A stretch of 63,393 nt of DNA, counting the filler, from Octopus bimaculoides (taxonomy: Eukaryota), in assembly GCF_001194135.2 (NCBI RefSeq). It is 6 parts of 6 records of this genome, joined end to end, with 100 filler letters (N's around TTAATTAATTAA, not from the genome) between each part and the next. Parts side by side here need not be neighbours in the genome. Positions count along the whole stretch, not along the records: positions 1 to 7,619 come from NC_068996.1; positions 7,720 to 15,344 come from NC_068981.1; 4 more parts are not named here. The stretch is one strand, 5' to 3'. Position numbers and translations under genes: made by a program. Below the pieces are notes generated by a model. That model did no database searches. It had not been told where the DNA came from and was given only the letters and a program-made list of their open reading frames with translations. Below, one piece after another: positions 1 to 12,696 of the stretch. Within the stretch, counting starts at the first letter, position 1, and each line of letters begins with the position of its first letter.

Positions 1-1
1 G

Positions 2-268
2 AAGGTGGCTGACTGTTTTTCCATAGCATTTGTAACCGCATCCAGTTCTATTTAGCAATTCTGTTAGAGGTGTGAGTGCCAGGCAGAACAGGAGTGGAGA
101 GAGCGTGTCTCCCTGGAATATTCCTCTTCTAATGGGGATGGTTTTCGTTTTCACAAGTCCCTCTTTTGTTTGGAGCTGTAGCACTGTCTGCCATTTGTTC
201 ATTGAGTGCTCTATGTATTTTATGATAATTGGTGCCACCTTGTTTATGGCTAGTGTTTCCAGAATCCA
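2..268 (-). mobile_element. RT fragment of an RLE-type (R4/Dong-like) non-LTR retrotransposon, 5'-truncated, runs off the window start
   Basis: Manual minus-strand translation, stop-free: WILETLAINKVAPIIIKYIEHSMNKWQTVLQLQTKEGLVKTKTIPIRRGIFQGDTLSPLLFCLALTPLTELLNRTGCGYKCYGKTVSHL. GIFQGDxLSPLLF is the RT motif typical of R4/Dong/NeSL-type elements. Confidence 0.8.
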
Positions 269-269
269 C

Positions 270-315
<46 letters not shown>
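270..315. repeat. (TAT)n microsatellite
   Basis: Direct reading. Confidence 0.95.
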
Positions 316-317
316 GA

Positions 318-520
318 AGGCAGCGAGCTGGTAGAATCGTTAGCACGGCGGGAAAAATGCTTAACGGCATTTCGTCAGTTTGTCATGTTCGGAGTTCAAA
401 TTCCGCCGAGGCCGACTTTACCTTTCATCCTTTCAAGGTCGATATAATAAGTACCAGTGTAATTGACTATTCCCCTACCCCAAAATTTCAGGCCTTGTAC
501 CAATAGTAGAAAGGATTATT
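318..520 (+). mobile_element. tRNA-derived SINE, family S1 (GAGCTGGCAGAATCGTTAGC...GAGTTCAAATTCCGCCGAGGTCGACTTTGCCTTTCATCC)
   Basis: A/B-box-like head; recurs at 12697-12910, 18180-18385(-), 26150-26935 (four copies), 36560-36700(-), 49846-50080, 53385-53530. Confidence 0.8.
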
Positions 521-1064
521 ATTATTATTAAAGTAACGAGTTTATATATATATATATATGTGTGTGTGTGTGATTGTGTGTGTGTGTATGTGTGTGTGTA
601 AGTTTGTGTGCGTGCGTGCACGTGTGTGTATGTGCACGCGTGCTTTTGACTGTATATGTATGCGTGTAATTTATTTACATAAATATGTGCACACACATAT
701 ATGTATATATACAAACGCAAACATGTATATTTTACATTTATATGTGTGTATATGTGTGTGTATATATATTTGTATACATAAATGCACACACACACACACA
801 CACACACATCCATCATTAGAGAATGGAGTAGATAGAATTCAGGCTACATATGTTTACTCGGAAGTAGTAATTACCCAAATGAAAGGTAATCTGTTAACTA
901 CTCGCCGGGCCAAAGATATCTTAATCAAATGAAGTTTACATTGTCAAGAAATCCCGTGTTAACTTGCAGGAGATTTTTCTCTGCTGTTCTTACAGATAGA
1001 CTGCGTTCGAAATTTATTTTCTCGTCTGTAAAATACCAACACTATCAACACATTCACTCTTCCA

Positions 1065-1104
<40 letters not shown>

Positions 1105-1289
1105 AAAATAGATTTTCTCGTCGTGAACGACAAATGCGGGTTCAGTAAGATAAAGCGGTAATCATGTTCTATGGATGTGAATGTTTCTCTTGAGACTTTG
1201 CAAACCTTTTGGTAAATGGAACAAGTTGAGGACTCAGTTTCCTCGAATGCTTGTGGATTATTTGCTGTGTGCTTCCTTGAGTGGCCTAC

Positions 1290-2680
1290 TTTGCTTCATA
1301 TCACAAAACCACTATGACAGGAAAAATTTCCATTTGGAGGAGCAACGTTTTGCCAGCATGCCTTCATGCTTGCACAAAGTTGGTCTCGATTTTGGAGCCG
1401 ACTTTGCTCAAATCTATGAACTGGTGCCAAGTCCAGCGTTCTGATGCTTTGTTTTCTCAGGGAGAATAGGTAATGTTGCATAACTTCAGATTGTCTTTTA
1501 GTTTGTCTTTGTATCGCAAGAGTGGCCTTCCAACTGACCTTCCTGTTGGGAATTGGCCAAAGAGAAGTTGCTTCAGAATTCTGATATTACTCATACGTGA
1601 GAGATGGCCTGGCCATCTAAGTTGTATTTTGATGAGGACGGCTTCAATATCTGATATGTTGCATTTTGTTAGCACCTGTTACGAATATTGTCACTCGGTT
1701 TTATGTTGGAGACAGCACGCTAGCATCGCATATGAAAAGCGTCAAGCTGAATGATGCGCTTTCAGTACAAAGTCCAAAATTCAGCATCAGATTCAGCAAT
1801 GTTGTTAAAACCACCGGCTTCTAAACATTGACTTTCACTTTCAATGATACGTCGTAGCTGTTCCAATGCTTGTGATAAAGCTTACCAAAAGTGGAATCAG
1901 TCTTCCTGATTCTGTACTCAATTTATTTATCCATCATTGAACACAGTGGAACCAAGATAAGTGAAAAAGAAAACAATTTTTAATGCTTTCCCATCAATAT
2001 ATACAGTAGGGGCAACAGTGGGAAGATGGTCACGAATGTTCTGATGGACAAGCTCTGCTTTCTTGATGTTATTGGTCAGATGAAAAGTCTTCGATGCGTG
2101 CGTGAAGTTGTTTAGAATCCATTGCATGTCCTCTGCAAGAGTGAGTGCTACAAGTGCACAATCATCTGCGAAGAGCAAATCTTGAAACGTTTGCACCAAA
2201 GTTTTAGTTTTCTTTTTGCTCGCTTGAGGACCTCAATGTTGGTGATGTAGTTACTCCAGTAGATGCTGAGGATGGTGTGGGCCCGTAGATGCGGGTGGTT
2301 GAGAAGACTGCCATTCAGACGCACGTGAGGTAAATGCCATCTTCAGCGTCGAGATCTGTAGTGGCCTGCTTGAGCATCATGCTGAAAAAATGTTGAAGCG
2401 AGTTGGTGCAAGGACACAGCCCTTGTTGATAGGGGATGACTCTGTTCTGTCGCTGTTCAGGCGGACTTGTCCTTGTTGGTCTTCGTGAAGCTGGATGATC
2501 ATGGTGGAATTTTGGGGGACAACCGAGTCGGTTTAGGATCTGCCACAAACCTTTTCTGCTCACAGTGTCGAACGCTTTTGTCAGATCGACAAATGTTGCA
2601 GATATAAATACCACATTTTTAAAACTCAGACCACGCTGATTCCATATCTATCTGAGATGCCTGCAAGTTTGTTGTCACAG
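1290..2680 (-). mobile_element. Degenerate RTE-clade (BovB-like) LINE, RT and C-terminal part
   Basis: Fragments FVDLTKAFDTVSRKGLWQIL..LGCPPKF, QDLLFADDCALVA, FTYLGS, QLRWPGHLSRM..IRILKQLLFGQ...GRPLLRYKDKLKDNLK; frameshifts and stops. Confidence 0.9.
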
Positions 2681-2757
2681 GTTGTTTGAAATTAGGTCAA
2701 ATGTGTGTATGTGTGTGCGTGTGCGCACGTGTATTTTTTTGTGTGTGTGTTTGTGTT

Positions 2758-2795
<38 letters not shown>

Positions 2796-2814
2796 TGCTT
2801 GTGTGCGTATATGT

Positions 2815-3072
2815 GTATTAAAAATGATAAGGAGAACGAAGATTTTCCCATCCATAATTTTATTAAGCAGTTATGTACAGCATCCTTTTCTGGACCTACG
2901 CGCGTTTCAACTGCATCGACTGCAGACTATTATATATGCAACCCGGTGCACATCTAACAGTGTGCAGTCGATGCAGTTGAAACGCGCGTAGGTCCAGAAA
3001 AGGATGCTGTAAATAACTGCTTAATAAAATTATGGATGGGAAAATCTCCGTTCTCCTTATCACTATTAATAC
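2815..3072. repeat. Foldback palindrome, ~110-bp arms (2815-2925 / 2959-3072)
   Basis: Arms are reverse complements with only a few mismatches; each arm carries GAAAC-GCGC-GTA. Confidence 0.9.
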
Positions 3073-3293
3073 TATTACTTACTCTACGGAACATGCAATC
3101 CTGAACAGGATACTCGGATCTACCCAGCGAGAAAAGTTATCAGAGTCTAGCAATTTATTGTTAGCTGAGGTATCACAAAAGGACCGTTGCGGTCCTTTTG
3201 TGAAACTGAAACCGATTTAAGAGGAAGCAGTAACTGCCAAGATTATATATATACCTTTAAACTCATTTTTTGACACACACACACATACTCACG

Positions 3294-3348
<55 letters not shown>

Positions 3349-3394
3349 GATTTTTGCAGATAATGGATTATATTAATGCTACACTCCATTAAAG

Positions 3395-3600
3395 TGCCTT
3401 TTGATTGTATCAATCCCTCATCACTGCCTGACAACCGGTGTTGGTGTGTTTACGTTTCAGCAAAAGAGACTGATAGATCAAGTAGCAGGCTGAAAATAAT
3501 TAGTACTGAGGTCGATTCGTTCGGCTCAAATCCTTCAAGGCAGTGCACCAGCATGTCCGCAGTCGAATGACTGAAGCAACAAGAAGAAAGAGTAAAGAAA
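3395..3600 (+). mobile_element. SINE family S2, 3' half
   Basis: TGACAACCG..GGTGTGTTTACGT...GATAGA..AAGTA...GCATG.CCGCAGTC.AATGACTGAA; matches 12380-12560. Confidence 0.7.
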
Positions 3601-4121
3601 CACACACACACACACGCACGCACACACACACACACATACACACACGCACACACGCACACACACTCACACACATACACGCCAGCGCACACACATATATGCA
3701 TAAATATATATATTACCTGCATGTGTTACGCATACATGCAAACATGCATACACGCACACATACGTACATTCATGGACACACACACACACACACATACATA
3801 CACACATACATACATACATACATACACGCACACATACATATATGCATGCATGCATGCACACATACATACGTACATGCTCACATACATACCTACATACATA
3901 CATTCATACATGCATACATACATACATACATACATACATTCATACATACACACATACATACATACATACATACCTACATACATAAATACATGCATACATA
4001 CAACATACACACATACATACATACATGCATGCATACATACATGCATGCCTACATGCATACATACATGCATACATACATACCTACATACATACATACATAC
4101 GTACATACATACATGCATGCA

Positions 4122-4155
<34 letters not shown>

Positions 4156-4160
4156 CATAC
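3595..4160. repeat. Compound (CA)n/(TACA)n/(CATG) microsatellite; representative of dozens of such tracts across the window
   Basis: Direct reading; source of the HT/YI/CV-repeat pseudo-ORFs. Confidence 0.95.
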
Positions 4161-6859
4161 AAGAAAGGATATTTTTATTCCGGGAAGTGGGGGATCAGAA
4201 TCCTCTCAAACTTCGACCATCTTTTTCTCGGTGCGTATGCTAACTCACGATTCTAAAGTGCATCGAAAAACAGAAATGTCATCCAAATTTATCCACACTA
4301 AATTCGTTGAACATGGAAAGGAAACAATAAAAATAGCGGGGATTATTGTTTTGTTTTTGTTTTTTAATTTCTTTCGTCAAGCTTACCTTATCTAAACCAC
4401 CATCTTTGGTTATAAGAGTCGTTTCTAATTAAGATAATGTCAAACGAGAAAACAAGACAGTAGAGCTTCGTCGCTAAACAAAACCAATAAAAGATCTAAT
4501 TTTATTTCATGTTTTTTCCGTCACCAGTAGAAACGAAGGCAGTATCAACTAGTATGAAAGAAAGAAAGAAAAAAAAAAAAATCTGGAATCAAAATCAAAG
4601 CAGCAACGAGACAAAGACAAAAACAAGACAAAGACAAAAACAAGACAAAGACAAAAACAAGACAAAGACGATATCAAGCAACAATCAAAACCAGCACAAA
4701 CGACATCAATAACACGAACAACATTAATAACAATTAAAAAAAAGAAGGAAAACCATAACATCTATGAGTATAATCAAACCTTGAACACGAGCAAAAAAAA
4801 AATATATATATATATATAAATTATAGAAACTTACAATAAATAGCGTAACAACAATAAGAACACCATCAACAACAACAACCCTAACATCTACAATAAATAC
4901 AGAAACAACAACGCTATCAGCAACAATAACAACAACAGCATCATAAACAAACAAAAACCGAAAAACTGCATCAAATAGGAACAAAAGGAACAATCCCCCG
5001 CAAAAATCTCATCAACAGCAAAAACAGAAAACCACCACCGCCACCACCACCACCACCACCATTACTATAACACAACGAGGACAACAACAACGACAACAAT
5101 AACAATAACTATATATACAATTCGGTAATTGTAAATGTTGACTCAGTATTATTACATTTCTGTTCTAACACATTTAAATTTAAACACTCATAATTTATAC
5201 ATTAACGCAGACATANNNNNNNNNNNNNNNNNNNNNNNNNNNNNNNNNNNNNNNNNNNNNNNNNNNNNNNNNNNNNNNNNNNNNNNNNNNNNNNNNNNNN
5301 NNNNNNNNNNNNNNNGAGAGAGAGAGAGAGAGAGATAGATAGATAGTTGTACAAATAGAGCTCGTTCACCCTTAGAATTCCCAAAATAGCCGGTAATATT
5401 CTTATGGTATGCTACCAATTCTAGTCTTAGATATTCCTCTTTGCTTACAGAGACACCAACTGAGTATCGCCTGAGGAGATACATATAGGTCTTATACAGG
5501 TAAATCGTTACATAATTTAATTTAACTTTAAATCCTGTATAGACGAGGATCTGTATGTATCGAAACATTTGTAGCTTTTAAAAAGCTGTCTAACCGTACT
5601 TACTCTTCCTTTTAACTCTCTCTCTCTCTCTCNNNNNNNNNNNNNNNNNNNNNNNNNNNNNNNNNNNNNNNNNNNNNNNNNNNNNNNNNNNNNNNNNNNN
5701 NNNNNNNNNNNNNNNNNNNNNNNNNNNNNNNNNNNNNNNNNNNNNNNNNNNNNNNNNNNNNNNNNNNNNNNNNNNNNNNNNNNNNNNNNNNNNNNNNNNN
5801 NNNNNNNNNNNNNNNNNNNNNNNNNNNNNNNNNNNNNNNNNNNNNNNNNNNNNNNNNNNNNNNNNNNNNNNNNNNNNNNNNNNNNNNNNNNNNNNNNNNN
5901 NNNNNNNNNNNNNNNNNNNNNNNNNNNNNNNNNNNNNNNNNNNNNNNNNNNNNNNNNNNNNNNNNNNNNNNNNNNNNNNNNNNNNNNNNNNNNNNNNNNN
6001 NNNNNNNNNNNNNNNNNNNNNNNNNNNNNNNNNNNNNNNNNNNNNNNNNNNNNNNNNNNNNNNNNNNNNNNNNNNNNNNNNNNNNNNNNNNNNNNNNNNN
6101 NNNNNNNNNNNNNNNNNNNNNNNNNNNNNNNNNNNNNNNNNNNNNNNNNNNNNNNNNNNNNNNNNNNNNNNNNNNNNNNNNNNNNNNNNNNNNNNNNNNN
6201 NNNNNNNNNNNNNNNNNNNNNNNNNNNNNNNNNNNNNNNNNNNNNNNNNNNNNNNNNNNNNNNNNNNNNNNNNNNNNNNNNNNNNNNNNNNNNNNNNNNN
6301 NNNNNNNNNNNNNNNNNNNNNNNNNNNNNNNNNNNNNNNNNNNNNNNNNNNNNNNNNNNNNNNNNNNNNNNNNACACACATTGTGTATACACAAACACAC
6401 ACAGTTCACTGTTCCGTTAATGTAGAATCAACAAAAAACGTACTTCGTCCAACGAGAGATAAATATAATTTAATGTATGATGTATTAAAATAAGAGCTAC
6501 AAATAATTAATTGCCTTTAAGAAACATGGTTAGGCAGGTTCGTATAACGTGCCTTGTGTCTCAAAGTAATCTTCGGGCTCTGAACACATGGTCTGTTCTT
6601 GAAAATCAGGATTCTGGTGCATGATATACGACGAGAAAAAGCGAGAAGTTTGATGCAAAAAGGATAATGAGAAAATAAAGGGTGAATAAAAGCGGAGAAA
6701 AAAAATAGCAAGAAAAAAGAAAATAAGAGTTACGTCTCTTTTGAGACGTAAGGTCATAATTAAAGTAGTTGCTCTAGAATAATTCAATGCAGAGACGTCC
6801 AAAGTCTGCGAGACAGCTGCTCAATACTGAGAGGGTTGTGTCCTCAAGTTTGGTAAAAT

Positions 6860-7291
6860 AAATTTGTTTATATGCTTGGATTTTGTTGATATTTTAGGAT
6901 CTGGAATTAAGTAGTGTGGTGGAATTCTAAGAAGAATGTGAAATATTTTAGCTACGCCTAAGTTGCGTTTCTTAGATCCATTTATATACAGAGTAGATTT
7001 CTCCACTATTCTTCACTATGGGGTGTGCAGTTGATCTTCGACCCACATGCATACCTAACCAACTTAGTGACTTTACTTTTGTCGGAAAGAAGACTAGTAG
7101 TTTGCATAACGTCTTTTAAAATTGCCTTTCATAAACCGATGTAATTCCCTTTCAGTTAACGCTGCTGTGACTTCTACCTCAAAGACAACAGAGTTTATGA
7201 TACGTACCTGGTTAAATGGGCAAGATAGCTACAACTTGGAGTTTATGTATGTATGTATATATGAATACATGTTGTATGTGTGTGTGAGTGC

Positions 7292-7326
<35 letters not shown>

Positions 7327-7619
7327 CATACTTGTATATATGTATCTTCCTGTATTTATAGTTTATTGGAAAATACTTATCTGAAAGAACTAGAAATTTC
7401 TTGCCTACGTTAGATTTTACATTCAGAGAGAAAGGGGAGGGGGAAGCAAACATTATTTTTCTAGGTCTAGTTTTAGGTTTCGTTTTTTTTGCTTGAAATG
7501 TAATATATCTTATATTTGAAGGCGCTGTTAGATAGAGCATTGTGACAATAGCGACTGTCTTATGAAATATTTCTTTAGAAGAAGACAGATTAAATTTCCT
7601 CTTTCTAATGTCAGTTGTC
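6860..7619 (-). mobile_element. Penelope-like element relic (thumb/linker plus GIY-YIG endonuclease C-terminus), interrupted by a microsatellite at ~7240-7360
   Basis: RPRKIMFASPSPFSLNVKSNVGKKFLVLSDKYFP (cf. R.R.IIWFNPPFS.NVKTNIG..FL.L.DKHFP); CPFNQVRIINSVVFEVEVT..NYIGL/fs/GNFKRRYANY*SSFR; EKSTLYINGSKKRNLGVAKIFHIL..SKHINKFIL. Confidence 0.75.
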
Positions 7620-7663
7620 NNNNNNNNNNNNNNNNNNNNNNNNNNNNNNNNNNNNNNNNNNNN

Positions 7664-7675
7664 TTAATTAATTAA
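7664..7675. other. Assembly gap filler TTAATTAATTAA embedded in N runs (also 15389-15400, 34137-34148, 46116-46127, 61235-61246)
   Basis: Identical 12-mer centred in ~100-bp N blocks five times. Confidence 0.9.
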
Positions 7676-8288
7676 NNNNNNNNNNNNNNNNNNNNNNNNN
7701 NNNNNNNNNNNNNNNNNNNATTAACAATTTTGCCGGGTAGCTCAGTATGAAAAAACCTTTTCGGTAAAAATCATTTATAATCATAAATATATAGGGATTG
7801 ACAGTAACCTGCTTCTCCAACATACTGAGAATTCAGAAATAGCAGCCAAAGAACTACTGATTCCAAAACTACAAATTATTACTCTAAATTGATAGCGATA
7901 TTTTTGATACACACAGAACAAAAAACAGTAGAGAAGAGTAAAAATGTCAGACAAAAAAAAAACAGTCTCAAACACGTTTTTATGTGTGCGTGTGTCTGTA
8001 TATGTTTGTGTGTGTGTGTGCGCGTGTATATATGTGTGCATATATGTATATATATGAATGTATCTGTGTAATGTGTGTGTGTGTGTACATGTCTATAGGT
8101 AGTGAGAGAGAGTTGTATATTTGTTCTGCGTATATATATATGGCTTTATATATGCATGTATATGTATGTATATATTCTTATATATACATGTATGTGCATA
8201 TATGTAGGTGCATGTATATATGCATATAAACTTGCAAGCTTGTATGTATATGTACGTGTATACACACACATATATAATATATATGTAT

Positions 8289-8335
<47 letters not shown>

Positions 8336-8763
8336 ACCTTACAGAGCATATGTACGCAAAGTCAAAGAAGTCAACGAATTGCAACCAGGCGCTAAAGTCA
8401 ATAAAAAAAAAAGCGCGAAAGACTAAACCCGATTATTTGATTACATCTTAAGCGGCCTCCGAAATAAAGTTTGGCCTGTAACCACCAGAACGAGTTTATG
8501 GGGAGGTGGAGGAACCGTTAACCAAATAGAAGCATTAGCGAAATGTCCAGTAAATTCGGGTCATTTGAATATGGTAACACATGTAGGGTTTATACAAGGA
8601 AGAGGGGCGCCTTTGCTGTGATCTCATCAAAAGAATGAAATTAGATTCATTAGATTCACAAATGGTGACACGGTACTTTTCAGTGCTCTGTACTATGTGT
8701 ACATATAAGTACTGTATGTACACACACACATACATGCCCACACATATATACACATATACACAA

Positions 8764-8805
<42 letters not shown>

Positions 8806-8835
8806 TAGATATATATACATATATATATACTTCAT

Positions 8836-9060
8836 CTTTTGCTTGTTTCAGTCATTAGACTGCGGCCATGCTGGGGGCAAAGCCTTGAAGAGTTTTGGTC
8901 GGAAAAATTACCCCCAGTAGGTATTTTTCTTAAGCTTTGTACTTATTCAATCGGCTGTTTTTCTTTTTTCTTTTTTTGTGGAACTGCTAAGCTACTAGGG
9001 CGTAAACACACTAACACCGGTTGTTTGGTGGTAGTGGTGGGACAATACAGACACAAAGAT
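8836..9060 (-). mobile_element. SINE family S2, 3' half
   Basis: Reverse complement of the 12380-12560 segment. Confidence 0.7.
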
Positions 9061-9168
9061 ACACATACATATGTATATGCTTATGTGTGTATATATATAT
9101 ATATACATGTGTGTGTGTGTGTGTGTGTTGATCTGTATATATATATTTGTGTGTGTGTGTGTGTGTGT

Positions 9169-9345
9169 AGGCGCAGGAGTGACTGTGTGGTAAGTAGCTT
9201 GCTTACCAACCACATGGTTCCGGATTCAGTCCCACTGCGTGGCACCTTGGGTAAGTGTCTTCTACTATAGCCTCGGGCCGACCAAAGCCTTGCGAGTGGA
9301 TTTGGTAAACGGAAACTGAAAGAAGCCTGTCGTATNNNNNNNNNN

Positions 9346-9406
<61 letters not shown>

Positions 9407-9520
9407 CTGTGTCCCTCCACCTCAGTCTCGCTTGACAACCGATTTTGGTGTGTTTACGTCCTCGTAACCTAGCGGTTCAGCAAAAAAGAACGATAGTATA
9501 AGTACTAGACTTACAAAGAA
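9169..9520 (+). mobile_element. SINE family S2 (tRNA head, internal microsatellite, 3' half)
   Basis: GGCGCAGGAGTG.CTGTGTGGTAAGTAGCTTGC...GGTTCCGG.TTCAGTCCCACTGCGTGGCACCTTGGG. Confidence 0.85.
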
Positions 9521-9718
9521 GGTTTGAAAATGCAAAGGTCTTTTAGAGATCTCTAAAAGTCCATTGCATTTTCAAACCTTCTTTCATATATATATATATA
9601 TATGTTTGTCCTAAATTATACATATATAAATAATCCTCTATTTCTCTAATATCTAGGTTCCATTCTTTTGTTGTCACTTATTATTGTTATTATTATTACT
9701 ATTATTATTATTATTATT

Positions 9719-9763
<45 letters not shown>

Positions 9764-9796
9764 ATCATTATTATATATATGGTAGTTGTTTGCTCG

Positions 9797-9958
9797 TTAT
9801 ATAGCGTTTGACACCTTAGAACCATCATGCCATTTGATGTGGCTTTCTATACTAGACAATGTTCTGAAAAGACACCCACATAGATTGCACATCCGTCTTG
9901 GACCACCAGATAAGTTTTGATCTTTGTGGATCTTAAAATGTCTTTTGAGGCCTCCGCA
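9797..9958 (-). mobile_element. C-terminal tandem C2H2 zinc-finger remnant, probably the 3' end of an RTE LINE ORF
   Basis: CGGLKRHFKIHKDQNLSGGPRRMCNLCGCLFRTLSSIESHIKWHDGSKVSNAI* (manual translation); cut at its 5' side by an S2 SINE. Confidence 0.55.
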
Positions 9959-11296
9959 AATGCTGGTGTGATCACGTCGCCGTAACTTAGCGGTTTGGCA
10001 AAAAGAGACGGATAGAATAAGTACTAGGCTTACAAAGAATAAGTCCTGGGGTCGGTTTGGTTAACCAAAGGCGGTGCTCCAGCATGGCCGCAGTCAAATG
10101 ATTGGAACAAATAACAGAATAAAAGAATAATGTTGTAGCTTTGATATTTTGAGGATGTGGTTGTTTATATAATTTTTTTGAATGACATTGAAGGGTAGGT
10201 ATGAAAGACCAGATCTACCCTATTTGAACACAAAGCATACTATTTGGGCCCGATATGGTCGGTTTAAATGCTAATTCTTTAATTCTTTTATTTTTAATGT
10301 TGTTGTCATTATGGTTGTTCTAATGCTTGTGTTTGTTGATGGGGTTTGTAGTCGTGGTTGTGGTTATGGCTGTTGTGCTGTTGGCGGTGACCATGGCGAC
10401 GATTGTTGTGGTGATGGCGCTTTTTAGTTGCAGTTGTTCTGTCGATGTTAGTTGGTTGTACTTATAGTTGTGGTTATAGCTGTTGTGGTTTAATATGGTG
10501 TAAGTTGTGGTTGTGATTATGTTGTGGTTTTGGTGTTTGTTGGTCGAAGTTGCCGTTGTAGCTGTTGTAGATGAGGCTGTGACGTTTGTTGGTTATAATT
10601 ATGATTGTTGTGATGTTGGTATTTCTTTCATAGTAGCTGTGGTTGCTGTGATAGTTGCAATGGTCTTGGTTATATTTACTGTTTGTGGCTACATCGTGGC
10701 CTAGATAATAATGTCTAAGAATTTTTCAATTTCACGATCGAATGCAGTTGGCCTTATTGTATTTTAGCTGTTTGCCTCAGTGACCACTTAGCAGTAGAAA
10801 AGGATGTGTCACTTCCGCAATGAATATTATTGCGTATGTATGCCTGAGCGTGTGTGCGTTCGGCTTCAAAAGTACATGACAATGAATGTTTGGCTCGCTA
10901 GTTCAGGTGTTTGATCAAACAGTCTAAAATATTGTTTCCAGCCCCATGGTCCAGTGAGTGGTCTGACGGTGTGGCGGTGGAGATGCTGGTGCTTCAGAGA
11001 AGTAAGGTTTCTATTAATCCGGTTTGAGGTAGCTGCCTTTGTAAAATGCAGACTTATTGTGCATGAGTAATAGCTGCTGGTAGCCATCTTACCCGACATC
11101 GCTTGAATAATGCTTGCATGTATACACCAAGTATAACTTTTAGCCATTCAATTTCAGTCTCTTTCTTTCTCGCTTTCTTTCTCTCTTTCTTCCTTTCTCT
11201 CTTTCTTTCTTTCTCTCTCTCTTTCTTTGTTTCTTTGTTTGTTTGTTTGTTTGTTTGTTTGTTTCTTTCTTTCTTTCTTTCTTTCTTTGCTTCTTC

Positions 11297-11335
<39 letters not shown>

Positions 11336-11359
11336 TTTCGCTCAGTCTGTCTCTGTATG

Positions 11360-11452
<93 letters not shown>

Positions 11453-11565
11453 ATGTATGTATGTATATACGTATGTATGTAGACACATATATCTTTCAAT
11501 TAATCACAATATCTTTCTTAATGTATCTATTTTCTCATTCAGCGATCCATTTCCATCTGACCTTC

Positions 11566-11602
<37 letters not shown>

Positions 11603-11611
11603 GCACACACG

Positions 11612-11649
<38 letters not shown>

Positions 11650-12137
11650 CATGGACACACACACATCTCTTTAAGTTAGTTAGTATGCAACTGCTTGCAA
11701 GCATGTGTGTGTGTGTGTGTGTGATAGTGAAACAGTGAGGACTTGTAACACATTCCAGTGATTACTCATTTGATTTTCCTGGAATGAACATACACGCACC
11801 ATCACATATAGGCCTATAACACACACACATACCATATATATATGTTCACACACACATACACACACACACATACACACACACACATACACACACACACATA
11901 CACACACACACATGCCCACGAGTACGTATGCACGCACGCCTGTGTACTCTAGACACTTCTTGTGCGCTCATTACCTGAGATGAAGTGCATCCAGATAAGC
12001 AATTACATACATCGCTCGCACACACTTAATTCTCGCTGATTGATATATTCACAAAATACTTGGAAATGTCTTGCTTTGGATACTTTTTTACTGACCAGAT
12101 TGAATTCTGCAGAGAAACACTTCAATAAATTCCAGAT

Positions 12138-12294
12138 AGTGGCTGTGAGGTAAGTAGTTTGCTTACCAACCACATGGTTCCGGGTTCAGTCCCACTGCGT
12201 GGCACCTTGGCCAAGTGTCTTCTACTATAGCCTCGGGCCGACCAAAGCCTTGTGAGTGGATTTGGTAGACGGAAACTGAAAGAAGCCCGTCGTA

Positions 12295-12347
<53 letters not shown>

Positions 12348-12560
12348 ATATATGTTAGTGTGTCTGTGTTTGTCCCCACTCCTAACATCGCTTGACAACC
12401 GATGCTGGTGTGTTTACGTCCCCGTAACTTAGCAGTTCGGTAAAGAGACCGACAGAATAAGTACCAGGCTTCCAAAGAATAAGTCCTGGGGTCGATTTGC
12501 TCGACTAAAAGCGGTGCTCCGGCATGGCCGCAGTCAAATGACTGAAACAAGTAAAAGAGA
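12138..12560 (+). mobile_element. Near full-length SINE family S2
   Basis: A box TGGCTGTG.GG, B box GGTTCAGTCCC, internal (TA)n, tail ...GGCGGTGCTCC.GCATGGCCGCAGTCAAATGACTGAAACAAGTAAAAGA. Confidence 0.9.
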
Positions 12561-12696
12561 AAAGAGAGAGAAAGAGAATATGTAGACACATAAGCTCTAC
12601 GTACCTGAAAATGTATAGCTACACGTTTATACATTTTAATTAAATAGGTGATGGCATACAACAGCACAATCGTTTGTGAATAGATCCCTTTTTCGA

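Noticed and set aside
5451-5499. Possible 49-nt exon (TTGCTTACAG ... CAG|GTAAAT)
   Set aside because: Stops in all three frames and no partner exons identifiable; splice-like words are common in AT-rich DNA.
7664-7675. TTAATTAATTAA repeated five times at long spacing (possible regulatory or array motif)
   Set aside because: Always centred in ~100-bp N blocks; scaffold gap filler.
10290-10704. Hydrophobic Val-rich ORFs (also 4724-4993 and 27005-27307) as membrane proteins
   Set aside because: Degenerate (GTT)/(GGT)/(TAG) low-complexity repeats.
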